A DNA stretch of 64,000 bases, taken from positions 4,838 to 68,837 of the forward strand of contig JBEEMF010000069.1 in assembly GCA_041192805.1 (NCBI GenBank), in the 5' to 3' direction. This document shows, piece after piece, positions 38,981 through 49,409 of the stretch. The first letter of the stretch is position 1, and every line of letters begins with the position of its first letter. The stretch is from Bacteroidota bacterium. Lineage in GTDB: Bacteria > Bacteroidota > Bacteroidia > NS11-12g > UBA955. Below the pieces are notes generated by a model. The model was given only the letters and a program-made list of their open reading frames with translations. It was not told the origin of the DNA and searched no databases. A program made the translations under genes and the position numbers.

Positions 38981-39037
38981 GTGGCGCATTGTGGAAAAGA
39001 AGTGGTTAAAAAGGGGAAATTGTGGGAAATTGTGGGA
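38981..39037 (+). promoter_or_regulatory. Array of ~6 GTGG(G) direct repeats at 10-11 bp periodicity upstream of mraZ: putative MraZ operator and dcw promoter region
   Basis: GTGGcgcattGTGGaaaagaaGTGGttaaaaaGGGGaaattGTGGGaaattGTGGGag, with repeat starts at ~38981, 38991, 39002, 39013, 39022 and 39032, ending ~40 nt upstream of the mraZ ATG. MraZ proteins are known to bind runs of GTGG-type direct repeats in their own promoters. Confidence 0.6.
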
Positions 39038-39078
39038 GTTTGGATATTTATTTAGCAGACAGAAAAAACCAACACAGA

Positions 39079-39537
39079 ATGACCGCATTCATTGGAGAGT
39101 TCAATTGCAAACTAGACGAGAAAGGAAGACTTTCCATCCCGTCGAAACTTCGGGCACAATTCCCCGAAGCCGTTGGCAATACACTCGTCGTGAACCGCGG
39201 ATTCGAGAAGTGTCTGGTGCTCTACACCAAGGAAGATTGGCTGGATGAAACCGCCAAACTGAACACCGTGGATGATTTCATGAGTCCCGACATCCGTCGG
39301 TTCAAACGAATCTTCACCAACGGAGCCAACTTGGTTCAGATCGATGGCGCACAACGCATCTTGATTCCCAAAAAACTATTGGAATACGCCGAACTCCTCG
39401 GCGAAGTCATCCTGGTAGCCAACGGAAACAAAATTGAGATGTGGGATCAAGCCACCTACGAATCTGAACTCAAAGTGGACTCCGCGGAAATGTCTCAGTT
39501 GGCACAGCTGTTTCATCAGCAACGCAACCAAGGGTAA
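39079..39537 (+). CDS. mraZ: Transcriptional regulator MraZ
   Basis: Start at MTAFIGEFNCKLDEKGRLSIPSKLR...; two SpoVT/AbrB-like halves with DxxGR-type motifs (LDEKGRLSIP and IDGAQRILIP). Confidence 0.92.
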   Translation: MTAFIGEFNCKLDEKGRLSIPSKLRAQFPEAVGNTLVVNRGFEKCLVLYTKEDWLDETAKLNTVDDFMSPDIRRFKRIFTNGANLVQIDGAQRILIPKKLLEYAELLGEVILVANGNKIEMWDQATYESELKVDSAEMSQLAQLFHQQRNQG

Positions 39538-39570
39538 GTAGCGCATCGGGCCGTTGGCAACCTGTTTGCT

Positions 39571-40494
39571 ATGTACGACTATCACAACCCCGTCCTACTC
39601 CACCCTAGCGTGGACGCCCTGGTAACCAACCCAGATGGCACCTATGTAGACGTCACCTTCGGTGGCGGCGGGCACAGCCAAGCCATACTCAACAAACTTT
39701 CTAGCAAAGGCAAGCTCATCTCGTTTGATCAAGACGAGGACACCCTAGCCCGCGTGCCCAAAGACCCACGATTTACCTTGGTGAACCACAATTTTCAATT
39801 CACCAAACAATACCTAGAATTTTTAAAAGCCTCGCCCGTGGATGGCATCCTGGCCGATCTTGGCATCTCCTCACACCAAATTGATGTTGGGGAACGCGGA
39901 TTCGCGCATCGTCTCAATGGCCCGCTCGATATGCGAATGTCGGCCTCAACCCCCATCTCCGCCGCACAAATCGTACAAAACTCCTCCGAAAAGGAACTTA
40001 ATTACATATTTAAACAGTACGGTGAAATTCCAAATGCACGTCGACTTTCCGACATCATCATCCGCAGCCGCGGCAGCAAAGACCTCTCCACCATCGAAGG
40101 ATTTAAGGCCGCCATCGCCACCTGCACCCCCGGCAAAACACCCGCCAAATATTTGAGTCAAGTATTCCAAGCCCTGCGTATAGCCGTAAACAAAGAAATG
40201 GAAGTCTTGGAAGCCCTTTTGAACGATGCCGAATCCCTCATCAAGCCCGGCGGAAAACTGGTCGTGATTTCATACCACTCTCTGGAAGATCGACTCGTAA
40301 AACACTTGTTTCAAACAGGGAATTTGGAAGGAAATCGTCATACAGACCTGTATGGACATATCAGCAAACCCTTTGATAACATACCTAACGCAGCCATCAC
40401 CCCTGATGATGCTGAAATTGAAAGTAACAAACGCGCCAGAAGCGCAAAAATGAGAATAGGAGTACGCAACACATGGAAGAGAACCCATTCTTGA
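39571..40494 (+). CDS. rsmH: 16S rRNA (cytosine1402-N4)-methyltransferase RsmH (MraW)
   Basis: MYDYHNPVLLHPSVDALV...YVDVTFGGGGHSQAIL..., a canonical RsmH. Confidence 0.93.
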   Translation: MYDYHNPVLLHPSVDALVTNPDGTYVDVTFGGGGHSQAILNKLSSKGKLISFDQDEDTLARVPKDPRFTLVNHNFQFTKQYLEFLKASPVDGILADLGISSHQIDVGERGFAHRLNGPLDMRMSASTPISAAQIVQNSSEKELNYIFKQYGEIPNARRLSDIIIRSRGSKDLSTIEGFKAAIATCTPGKTPAKYLSQVFQALRIAVNKEMEVLEALLNDAESLIKPGGKLVVISYHSLEDRLVKHLFQTGNLEGNRHTDLYGHISKPFDNIPNAAITPDDAEIESNKRARSAKMRIGVRNTWKRTHS

Positions 40495-40841
40495 ACGCCG
40501 ACATTGATCCGCAAACGGTAATGGGAGAACCCGTTGCCCGAGAGCAGCAAACTGCCAACGAAACTGCCATACCCCTTTGGAGTTGGATCAAATTTGCCAT
40601 GGTAGGATTTGCATTGATGGTGTTCTACATCTACAATTCGCACCACGCAAATAAAGCCATTCGCAAAAAAGAAGAGCTCACCAAAGAACTCAAAGAGCTC
40701 CATAGCGAACGCATCAGCTTAGAGAGTCAAATCACCAACGCCAGTAAGCAAAGCGAACTCAGCAAAAGACTCGAAGGAAGCGGCCTAAAAGAAATCACCA
40801 CCCCACCCATCAAACTCGTAAAACCCCATGAACAAGACTAA
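40473..40841 (+). CDS. ftsL: Cell division protein FtsL (small bitopic membrane protein)
   Basis: A single TM helix IKFAMVGFALMVFYIY followed by a coiled-coil (...KKEELTKELKELHSERISLESQI...). Position between rsmH and ftsI. The true start may be the internal Met at ~40521. Confidence 0.75.
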   Translation: MEENPFLNADIDPQTVMGEPVAREQQTANETAIPLWSWIKFAMVGFALMVFYIYNSHHANKAIRKKEELTKELKELHSERISLESQITNASKQSELSKRLEGSGLKEITTPPIKLVKPHEQD

Positions 40842-42972
40842 AGTCAATTCACGGAAAATCATTTTGGTGCGTGCCTATTTGGTGCTTTCCCTGCTCATCG
40901 TGTTTGTTGTTGCCATTTTCGCCGCTGCCATCAAATTACAGATGGGGACCGACAAAGTTTTCGCCGAGCAGATGAGTGAAAAAAATACCCGTATCAAGGA
41001 AGTTGAGGCGTTGCGAGGCAATATCTACGCCGACGATGGCAGCCTTCTAGCTACTAGCGTCCCCAAATACGATGTGATTTTTGATTTGCGCGCCGACGGA
41101 CTAACCACTAAAATTTTCTTAGCCAAGATCGATAGCTTCTCTCAATTGTGCGCCAATATATTCCCGGAGCGCAATGCATCGTCATGGAAAGAATACCTCA
41201 TCAAACACCGAGAGCGCAGAACCCGTTACCTCAAGATTGCCAAAGACTTAGGCTACGAACAAATCAAAGCGATCAAAAATTGGCCTATCGCACGCGACGG
41301 AAAGTTCAAAGGGGGTGTTTGGTATGAGGAAAAAGGGAAACGCATGTATTTCATGGGTGATCTCGCTAAGAGAACCATCGGATACATCAAAGACAAAACC
41401 AGTGTAGGATTGGAAGGTGCTTTTGATACGCTACTGAGAGGAAAGAACGGTCGCATTATGCAACAACGCATGAGCGGTCAAATCTGGAGACCCATTCAAA
41501 TTGGCAACAACCAACTCCCAGTGAATGGAAAAGACATTGTTACCACACTTGATGTCCGCATTCAAGACATCGCACAATACAGTTTACAAAAAGGATTGGA
41601 AGCAGAATCTGCGGACCACGGTTGTGTGATTGTTATGGAAACAAAGACCGGCGCAATCAAAGCCATCGCCAACTTAACGCGCGGCGAAGACAACAAATAT
41701 TACGAAACCCAGAACTATGCGGTGAGCGAATTTACCGAGCCGGGCTCTACGTTTAAGGTCGTTTCTGCGATTGCACTTCTAGAAGATGGGTATGTGAAAC
41801 CCACGGACAGCATCGACAACAATTGGGGAAAATGGACATGGTATGATAAACCTTGGTCGGACTCAAAAAAACCACCAAAGAGGTTCTATACACTCAGCGA
41901 ATGCCTTCAATACTCTTCAAACATCGGAACGAGCAAATTTGTGATGCAGCATTACAAAAAGAATCCCAAAAAATTCACCAATCACATTTTGGATTTGGGA
42001 CTTCACCTCAAGCCAAAGTTCGACATCCCTAGCAGCAGCAACCCTACTGTGCCTACGCCGGACGATGCGAGTTGGAGCGGAACAAGTTTACCTTCTTTGA
42101 GCATTGGATATTCTAGCAACCTATCGCCTTTACAAGTATTGATGCTTTACAATACAATTGCAAACAAGGGCAAGATGATGCAACCCTATATGGTGAAGGA
42201 AATTCGCTTGGAAGGCCAAACACTTTCTAAGATTGAGCCAATCGTTCTCAAAGAAAAGGCATTTAGCGCCGCTACCGCCGCTGCAGTAACAAACATGCTC
42301 ATCCAAGTGGTAGATCATGGAACGGCAAAAGAAATCAAATCGGAGAATTACAAAATTGCAGGCAAAACGGGAACCTCTTGGTTAAACAAAGGAATTGGAG
42401 GTTACAACGAAGAAAATAACAAACAGTTCCAAGCCTCTTTTGCTGGCTTTTTTCCTGCCAACAATCCAGAATACACCATCGTAGTTGTTGTAAACAACCC
42501 CAAAAGTGGCAAATATTCTGGGGCTCAAATCGCCGCGCCGATTTTCAAAAATATCAGCGATCGCATTTACAGCACCCATATCAAAGTGCAGCCCGCCTTA
42601 CACGTGGCAAGTCTTCCACAGGTACCCGGCATTTTGAAAGGCGATTTACAAAAAACAAAACTGGTCTTAAACGCATTGGGCATTAGCTCCAAGGTACTTC
42701 CATCTGACTCTGGCGTAATCACCAAAGTGGTATACGTCGAATCTACCAAGGAAGCCCATTCATTAAAACTGAAACCAGTTATGGTAACAACCGGATTCAT
42801 GCCGGACCTCAAAGGCATGGGACTTCGCGATGCGTTAAAAATCTTAAGTGAGCTAGGTCTGAAAGTGAATTATGTGGGCTACGGCAGAATCACCGAGCAG
42901 TCACCGGCGCCAAATACCAAAATCGGCGAAAATACCACTCCTGTTTCCCTAACCTTAAAGCCCATCGAATGA
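40828..42972 (+). CDS. ftsI: Peptidoglycan D,D-transpeptidase FtsI (PBP3-like class B PBP) with C-terminal PASTA domains
   Basis: N-terminal TM anchor; SXXK motif in ...EPGSTFKVVSAIALLE...; SXN and KTG motifs (...KIAGKTGTS...). The C-terminal ~130 aa contain two PASTA-like repeats. Confidence 0.9.
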   Translation: MNKTKVNSRKIILVRAYLVLSLLIVFVVAIFAAAIKLQMGTDKVFAEQMSEKNTRIKEVEALRGNIYADDGSLLATSVPKYDVIFDLRADGLTTKIFLAKIDSFSQLCANIFPERNASSWKEYLIKHRERRTRYLKIAKDLGYEQIKAIKNWPIARDGKFKGGVWYEEKGKRMYFMGDLAKRTIGYIKDKTSVGLEGAFDTLLRGKNGRIMQQRMSGQIWRPIQIGNNQLPVNGKDIVTTLDVRIQDIAQYSLQKGLEAESADHGCVIVMETKTGAIKAIANLTRGEDNKYYETQNYAVSEFTEPGSTFKVVSAIALLEDGYVKPTDSIDNNWGKWTWYDKPWSDSKKPPKRFYTLSECLQYSSNIGTSKFVMQHYKKNPKKFTNHILDLGLHLKPKFDIPSSSNPTVPTPDDASWSGTSLPSLSIGYSSNLSPLQVLMLYNTIANKGKMMQPYMVKEIRLEGQTLSKIEPIVLKEKAFSAATAAAVTNMLIQVVDHGTAKEIKSENYKIAGKTGTSWLNKGIGGYNEENNKQFQASFAGFFPANNPEYTIVVVVNNPKSGKYSGAQIAAPIFKNISDRIYSTHIKVQPALHVASLPQVPGILKGDLQKTKLVLNALGISSKVLPSDSGVITKVVYVESTKEAHSLKLKPVMVTTGFMPDLKGMGLRDALKILSELGLKVNYVGYGRITEQSPAPNTKIGENTTPVSLTLKPIE

Positions 42973-44429
42973 AAACGATAAGTCAACTTTTAGGAAAAAC
43001 ATCAACCCTTGCCATCCACGGGAATGCAGATACCGAAATCCTTGGGCTACAAATCGATAGTCGCAACATTACCGCAGATCAGCTATACGCTGCGATGCCA
43101 GGAACCACGGTAGACGGTCATCAGTTTATCGAAAGTTGCATCGAAAAAGGGGCAACAGCAATTCTGTGCTCTACACTACCAAAGCAACTCAACCCCGACG
43201 TCTGCTATATTTTGGTGGAAAACGTGGCCAACACTTTGGGCGAAATGTGCCTCAACTTCCACGATCGTAAAGCCGAAAGCCTCTGTATTGTTGGAACCAC
43301 GGGAACGAATGGCAAAACATCGGTAAGTACGTTACTATTCGATCTGTTCACGCTTCGCGGCAATCGTTGCGGTCTGATATCTACCGTTGAGAATCGCATC
43401 GAACAGACCATCATCCCAAGTACGCATACCACACCAAACATTGTCGCTTTGCACGAATTATTGGCTCAAATGGCCGATGCCGATTGCAGTCATTGTTTCA
43501 TGGAAGTGAGTTCGCATGCCGTTGATCAACAACGCATTGCAGGGGTTCCATTTGAGGCCGGGGTATTTACGAATATTACTCACGACCATTTGGATTACCA
43601 CAAGACGTTCGACAACTATATCAAGGCTAAGAAACAGTTTTTTGATGGCTTGCCAAGCACTGCGATTGCCGTGACCAACAAAGACGATAAAAATGGCATG
43701 GTGATGTTGCAAAATACCAAAGCGATGCGATACACCTACGCCATGAAGCAGATGGCTGATTTCACCGTAAAAGTGAGCGAGCATGATTTCACGGGCATGC
43801 AACTACATCTGAACGACACCGAATTTTGGTCGCCCCTCATCGGCGGATTCAACGCCTATAACCTTTGTGCAGTTTATGCCACGGCCTTTTTACTTACGGA
43901 TGGCGACGATGAATTGCCGATTCAAATGAGCGCCTTAGGCAAAGTCAATGGTCGATTCGAAGTACTCCGCGGACCACAAAGAATCACCGCAATTGTGGAT
44001 TATGCGCATACGCCGGACGCACTTAAGAACGTCCTTCAGACCATCAACGACATACGCAAAAACAGCGCGAACTTAATTACTGTGGTGGGATGTGGCGGCA
44101 ACAGAGACACCAGCAAACGCCCAGAAATGGCCAGAATTGCAGCTGAGATGAGCAATCGGATCATCATGACAAGCGATAATCCCAGGATGGAAGACCCGTT
44201 GGAAATTTTAAACCAGATGGAAGCCGGTGTACCGCCTCAGCATTACAAGAAAATATTAAAAATCAGCGACCGCAAAGAAGCCATCAAAACGGCTTGCATG
44301 CTTGCCAGTCCCGGTGATATCATTTTGGTAGCGGGCAAAGGCCATGAAACCTATCAAGACATTCAGGGGGTGAAGCATCCCTTTGACGACAAAGTCGTTG
44401 TATCCGAATCATTCAAGCTAATCAACTAA
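42969..44429 (+). CDS. murE: UDP-N-acetylmuramoyl-L-alanyl-D-glutamate--2,6-diaminopimelate ligase
   Basis: Mur ligase motifs (...VGTTGTNGKTS...); the DNPR motif in ...MTSDNPRMEDP... indicates meso-DAP specificity. Confidence 0.92.
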   Translation: MKTISQLLGKTSTLAIHGNADTEILGLQIDSRNITADQLYAAMPGTTVDGHQFIESCIEKGATAILCSTLPKQLNPDVCYILVENVANTLGEMCLNFHDRKAESLCIVGTTGTNGKTSVSTLLFDLFTLRGNRCGLISTVENRIEQTIIPSTHTTPNIVALHELLAQMADADCSHCFMEVSSHAVDQQRIAGVPFEAGVFTNITHDHLDYHKTFDNYIKAKKQFFDGLPSTAIAVTNKDDKNGMVMLQNTKAMRYTYAMKQMADFTVKVSEHDFTGMQLHLNDTEFWSPLIGGFNAYNLCAVYATAFLLTDGDDELPIQMSALGKVNGRFEVLRGPQRITAIVDYAHTPDALKNVLQTINDIRKNSANLITVVGCGGNRDTSKRPEMARIAAEMSNRIIMTSDNPRMEDPLEILNQMEAGVPPQHYKKILKISDRKEAIKTACMLASPGDIILVAGKGHETYQDIQGVKHPFDDKVVVSESFKLIN

Positions 44430-44432
44430 ACC

Positions 44433-45566
44433 ATGTTATACTACCTCTTTGAACACCTCGACAAACTTGGCTATGCTGGGGCAGGTGTTTTCAAGTACAT
44501 CACATTTCGCGCAGCGTTAGCTGGCATCAGCAGCTTACTGATTGCGTTGATCGCCGGAAAACGGATCATCGAATGGTTACAAAAACAACAGATTGGGGAA
44601 AGCATCCGCGACCTCGGTTTGGAAGGCCAAATGCAGAAAAAAGGAACGCCAACCATGGGCGGAATTATCATCATTCTGAGTATCCTAATCCCCACTTTCC
44701 TATTTGCCAAATTGAACAATCCTTATGTTATCGTTATGATTGTCAGCACAATATGGATGGGTGCGATTGGCCTAATCGACGACTACATCAAGGTTTTCAA
44801 AAAGGACAAAGAGGGCATGAAGGCCAAAACCAAGTTGATTGGTCAGCTGATGTTAGGGGTCATTATTGCCATAACCATTGATTATACGCATAGCATCAAC
44901 CACCTAGAACTCACCACAAACCTTCCTATTACTAAGCATTATTTGAGTTATTCCGAGTTGATTCCTGGCGCGCACAACGCTTGGATTATTTACGTTCCAG
45001 TGATCATTTTTATTTCGATGGCGGTTACGAATGCGGTGAACCTAACCGATGGGATTGATGGATTGGCGGCAGGTACTACAGCCATTGTGGGTGTTGGATT
45101 GGGGATTTTGGCTTACGCATCGGGTAACATCAAGGTGGCTGAATATTTGAACATCATTTACGTACCCAATTCTGGGGAAGTCGTAATATTTATGTCGGCT
45201 GTGATCGGCGCCTGCCTTGGCTTCTTGTGGTACAACGGCTACCCAGCTCAGGTCTTTATGGGCGATACAGGTTCGATGGCTTTGGGTGGCGCAATAGCCG
45301 CGGTGTCTATCATTATCAAAATGGAATTGCTGTTGCCAATTCTTTGTGGGGTTTTCTTGGCCGAAAGTGGCTCAGTGATCCTGCAGGTGGGTTATTTCAA
45401 ATACACCAAAAAACGCTTTGGCGAGGGCAAACGCATCTTTTTGATGTCGCCCCTCCACCACCATTTCCAAAAGAAGAACATTCCGGAGAGTAAAATCACA
45501 ATCAGATTCTGGTTGGTGACGATCATTTTAGTATTGGCAACTATCGCATTGATCAAACTGCGTTGA
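44433..45566 (+). CDS. mraY: Phospho-N-acetylmuramoyl-pentapeptide transferase
   Basis: Polytopic membrane protein with ...[14 protein letters not shown]... and ...[15 protein letters not shown]..., the MraY signatures. Confidence 0.93.
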   Translation: MLYYLFEHLDKLGYAGAGVFKYITFRAALAGISSLLIALIAGKRIIEWLQKQQIGESIRDLGLEGQMQKKGTPTMGGIIIILSILIPTFLFAKLNNPYVIVMIVSTIWMGAIGLIDDYIKVFKKDKEGMKAKTKLIGQLMLGVIIAITIDYTHSINHLELTTNLPITKHYLSYSELIPGAHNAWIIYVPVIIFISMAVTNAVNLTDGIDGLAAGTTAIVGVGLGILAYASGNIKVAEYLNIIYVPNSGEVVIFMSAVIGACLGFLWYNGYPAQVFMGDTGSMALGGAIAAVSIIIKMELLLPILCGVFLAESGSVILQVGYFKYTKKRFGEGKRIFLMSPLHHHFQKKNIPESKITIRFWLVTIILVLATIALIKLR

Positions 45567-46918
45567 GAAAGAGGTTGGTCATATTGGGAGCAGGCGAAAG
45601 CGGTACGGGGGCCGCAGTTTTGGGCTGCGCCCAAAACTGGGACGTATTCGTCTCCGATTTCGGAAAAATTGCAACTAAATACCAAGACGAACTCAACCTA
45701 CACAACATCGCTTGGGAACAAGAACAACATACGGCGGAAAAAATCCTCAACGCCAACTGCATCGTAAAAAGCCCGGGGATTCCAGACAAGGCGCCCATCG
45801 TACAAGCAGCAAAGGCAAAAGGCATCGAAATCATTGATGAATTAGAATTGGCCTACCGCTACACAAACGCCAAAATGATTGGCATCACCGGAACCAATGG
45901 CAAAACGACAACCACCCTACTCACCTACCATTTGCTTCAGCAAGCCGGACTTAACGTGGGATTGGCGGGGAATATTGGTAGATCCTTGGCTCGACAGGTT
46001 GCACAGCAATCATTTGATATCTACGTGGTTGAAATTAGCAGCTTTCAGCTCGACTACCTCGACACATTCACTTGTGAAATTGCCATTTTATGCAACATCA
46101 CACCCGACCATTTGGATCGATACAACTATCGCTTAGAAGACTATGCCGATAGTAAAATGCGCATCGCAAGGAATCAGAGCGCCGGACAGCACTTTATCTA
46201 CTGCGCCGACAGCGACCTCACTTTGGAGGCGATGGCAAGAAACCCGTTTGACGGGCATGCGATTCCATTCAGTTTAACAGAAAAATTTACCGAAGGCAGC
46301 CAATTATTTGACTGTGGCGCTTATGCCGAAGGTTCCATCATTCATATTTATTCAAAAGAAAACTACACACTCGATATGCAAGATTTTACACTACGTGGGC
46401 AACACAACACCTACAACAGCATGGCCGCCGGCATCGCCGCAAGCCTTATGGACGTCCGCAAAGACAGCATCCGCGAAAGCTTTGGAAACTTCCAAAACGC
46501 AGAACATCGCCTAGAATTTGTCCAAAAAGTAGGCGGGGTGGATTACATCAACGATAGCAAAGCAACCAACGTCAACTCGGCTTGGTATGCCCTCGAAAGC
46601 ATGGACCGTCCTGTGATTTGGATTGCAGGTGGGATCGATAAAGGAAATAACTACGCAGATCTTAAGGCATTGGTGAAAGGCAAAGTCAAAATGATCATCT
46701 GCTTGGGATTGGACAATATCAAGTTACACCAAGCATTCCAAAGCGATGTAGACCTCATCATCAACACCAGCAGTGCAAAAGAAGCGGTTCACGTGGCATC
46801 GCGCATGGCAGAAGGTGGTGATGCCGTTTTATTGTCGCCCGCTTGTGCCAGTTTTGATTTGTTCGATAGCTACGAAGATCGTGGCAGACAGTTCAAAGAG
46901 GCCGTAAGAAACTTATAA
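45563..46918 (+). CDS. murD: UDP-N-acetylmuramoylalanine--D-glutamate ligase
   Basis: ...[14 protein letters not shown]... and Mur ligase middle and C-terminal domains. Position between mraY and ftsW. Confidence 0.92.
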   Translation: MRKRLVILGAGESGTGAAVLGCAQNWDVFVSDFGKIATKYQDELNLHNIAWEQEQHTAEKILNANCIVKSPGIPDKAPIVQAAKAKGIEIIDELELAYRYTNAKMIGITGTNGKTTTTLLTYHLLQQAGLNVGLAGNIGRSLARQVAQQSFDIYVVEISSFQLDYLDTFTCEIAILCNITPDHLDRYNYRLEDYADSKMRIARNQSAGQHFIYCADSDLTLEAMARNPFDGHAIPFSLTEKFTEGSQLFDCGAYAEGSIIHIYSKENYTLDMQDFTLRGQHNTYNSMAAGIAASLMDVRKDSIRESFGNFQNAEHRLEFVQKVGGVDYINDSKATNVNSAWYALESMDRPVIWIAGGIDKGNNYADLKALVKGKVKMIICLGLDNIKLHQAFQSDVDLIINTSSAKEAVHVASRMAEGGDAVLLSPACASFDLFDSYEDRGRQFKEAVRNL

Positions 46919-46975
46919 TTTCTCACCTCAAGAATGCGATTCCTCAACAACAAAAACCTCTAACAAAGAAGCAAA

Positions 46976-48151
46976 ATGCAGGCAAATTTCACCTCACGAT
47001 TTAAGGGCGACCGATGGATTTGGTTTGTCGTCATCATACTGTCGTTGCTAGGCATTTTGGCCGTATACAGCGCAACCGGCACGTTGGCCTATTCAAAAAG
47101 AGGAGGAAATACCGAGTTCTATTTCTTGCGTCATACCGGTTTCTTGTTGATAGGATTGGCATTGCTATACCTCACCCATCACATCCCTTTCCAATACTAT
47201 TCGCGGATCTCACAGATTTTGCTACTCATATCGATCGGGCTATTGATTTTAACGCTGTTCATTGGTTCAGAAATCAACAATGCAACACGGGTTATTCCTA
47301 TCCCTTTATTGGGCATTACGTTTCAGCCATCGGATTTGGCCAAGCTCTCACTGGTTATGTACATATCGAGATATTTAAGTAAAAACCAGGAAGAGATTGA
47401 TTCGCCAAAGGTCTTTTGGACAACGTTAGCGTACATTTTAGCCGTAGTTATATTGATTGCCCCAGAGAACTTGAGTACCTCTTTGGTGGTTTTTGTCACC
47501 TGCGGACTCCTCATGTTTATTGGCCGTGTAAATTTCAAATACCTAATGATATTGTTCATTAGTGGTGTTGTTACGATTGGATGTTTGGTGGTGGTGCTTT
47601 TAAACATCAACACCGACGGCATGGAGAGCAACCGTATTCCGACATGGAAAAAGCGGATTGAAGCCTTTACCGGAAAAGACGATGGCACAGGGAATTACCA
47701 GCAATTGCAGTCGAAAATCGCGGTGGCTACCGGCGGTGTTTTTGGCAAAGGACCTGGCAACAGCACACAAAGAAACTACCTGCCTCACCCCTATTCAGAT
47801 TTCATTTTCGCGATCATCATTGAAGAATATGGCCTAGTTGGCGGACTGATTGTAGCAGGATGCTTTTTGATACTGGTCTTTCGATGTCTCAAAATTGTCG
47901 TCGAAAGTCCGCGCGCCTTCGGCGCGCTCGTGGCCATGGGATTGGGACTCTCCATGAGCCTTCAAGCCTTCGTCAATATGGGCGTTGCCGTGGGCATGCT
48001 CCCCGTAACCGGACTCACCATTCCCCTAGTAAGTATGGGTGGTACCAGTTTATTCATGAATAGCATCGGCTTTGGAATCATCCTTGGAATTTCCAAATAC
48101 GTGCAAGAAGAAAAACAACAGCAAGAAGAAGCCCTCACCGCAGGCGTATAA
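46976..48151 (+). CDS. ftsW: SEDS-family peptidoglycan glycosyltransferase FtsW
   Basis: 10-TM SEDS protein with ...QPSDLAKLSLVMY... and ...SDFIFAIIIEEYGLVGG... Confidence 0.9.
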   Translation: MQANFTSRFKGDRWIWFVVIILSLLGILAVYSATGTLAYSKRGGNTEFYFLRHTGFLLIGLALLYLTHHIPFQYYSRISQILLLISIGLLILTLFIGSEINNATRVIPIPLLGITFQPSDLAKLSLVMYISRYLSKNQEEIDSPKVFWTTLAYILAVVILIAPENLSTSLVVFVTCGLLMFIGRVNFKYLMILFISGVVTIGCLVVVLLNINTDGMESNRIPTWKKRIEAFTGKDDGTGNYQQLQSKIAVATGGVFGKGPGNSTQRNYLPHPYSDFIFAIIIEEYGLVGGLIVAGCFLILVFRCLKIVVESPRAFGALVAMGLGLSMSLQAFVNMGVAVGMLPVTGLTIPLVSMGGTSLFMNSIGFGIILGISKYVQEEKQQQEEALTAGV

Positions 48152-48164
48152 CATCTCAGCAGCC

Positions 48165-49409
48165 ATGTCGACCACACCAAAAAATACAACCCCGTCACAA
48201 ACCCCGCTAAAATTCATTTTGAGCGGTGGAGGAACAGGCGGACATATTTTTCCCGCGGTTGCCATCGCCAATGCACTAAAAGTAAAATTCCCCGGAGCCC
48301 AATTCCTATTCGTGGGTGCCATCGGCAAAATGGAAATGGAGAAAGTCCCAAAAGAAGGCTTCGAAATCTTGGGGCTGCCCATCGAAGGACTCAAGCGCTC
48401 CGCATCTCCAAGAAATATCATCGTATTACTTAAAACCATTCAGAGCTTCTGGAAAGCACGGAAAATCTTGCGCAACTTCCAACCCACAGCCGTCATTGGC
48501 ACTGGAGGATACGCAAGTCTTCCCGTTTGTTTCATGGCATCAAGAATGGGCTATACCACTATTTTACAGGAACAAAATGGGTTTGCGGGGCTAACGAACC
48601 GACTAGTCGCAAGTAGAGCCGCCCTCATTTGCACCGGATTTCCAAGCATGGAGAAGTTCTTCCCCGCCGGAAATTGGGAGTTTACAGGAAATCCTGTTCG
48701 ACAGAATATCATCAACCTTGGCAAGAAACTTAACTCTGTCAATAAATTGGATTCCGCGGGTGAATTAAATTCTACGCATGAATTGGATTCCGAAAATGCT
48801 GCATGTCGACAAAAATTCGGACTCCAACCCAACCTTCCCGTGCTATTCATTACCGGCGGAAGTCTTGGTGCGCGGACCATCAACCAAACGATATTCAACA
48901 ACCTCGTCCAACTGGCCGAAGCCAATATTCAGATCGTCTGGCAAATGGGCCTGCCTTTCGCTAAATCCCATGCCGATAAAATCCATCAAATCATAGAAAG
49001 CAACCCCGCGTTATTCTTAGCGCCCAACGCTCCAAGAATTTTCCATGCGCCTTTCATTTACGATATGGACGATGCGTATCAGGCAGCAGATTTGGTCGTT
49101 TCGCGCGCCGGAGCCATCAGCATCTCAGAAATCGCAGTGGTAGGAAAGCCATCGATTTTAGTACCCTCGCCCAATGTGACCGACGATCATCAAACGAAGA
49201 ATGCGCAGGTGCTGAGCGAATTGAATGCCGCGATGCTGATCACCGACAAAGACGCACCGCAAACCCTAATAAACACTTGCATCGAACTGATAAAAGATAC
49301 GAAAAAAATGTCGGAAATGCAAGAAAAACTGAAGCAAATCGCCAAGCCTCAGGCTACCGAGACCATCGCAAATCGCATCGCGAGTTTAATTGAAAAAGCA
49401 AATCCATGA
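48165..49409 (+). CDS. murG: Undecaprenyldiphospho-muramoylpentapeptide beta-N-acetylglucosaminyltransferase MurG
   Basis: Start chosen at MSTTPKNTTPSQTPLKFILSGGGTGGHIFPAVAIA (G-loop). Contains an ~30-aa insertion (NSVNKLDSAGELNSTHELDSENAACRQ) between the two GT-B halves. Confidence 0.9.
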   Translation: MSTTPKNTTPSQTPLKFILSGGGTGGHIFPAVAIANALKVKFPGAQFLFVGAIGKMEMEKVPKEGFEILGLPIEGLKRSASPRNIIVLLKTIQSFWKARKILRNFQPTAVIGTGGYASLPVCFMASRMGYTTILQEQNGFAGLTNRLVASRAALICTGFPSMEKFFPAGNWEFTGNPVRQNIINLGKKLNSVNKLDSAGELNSTHELDSENAACRQKFGLQPNLPVLFITGGSLGARTINQTIFNNLVQLAEANIQIVWQMGLPFAKSHADKIHQIIESNPALFLAPNAPRIFHAPFIYDMDDAYQAADLVVSRAGAISISEIAVVGKPSILVPSPNVTDDHQTKNAQVLSELNAAMLITDKDAPQTLINTCIELIKDTKKMSEMQEKLKQIAKPQATETIANRIASLIEKANP

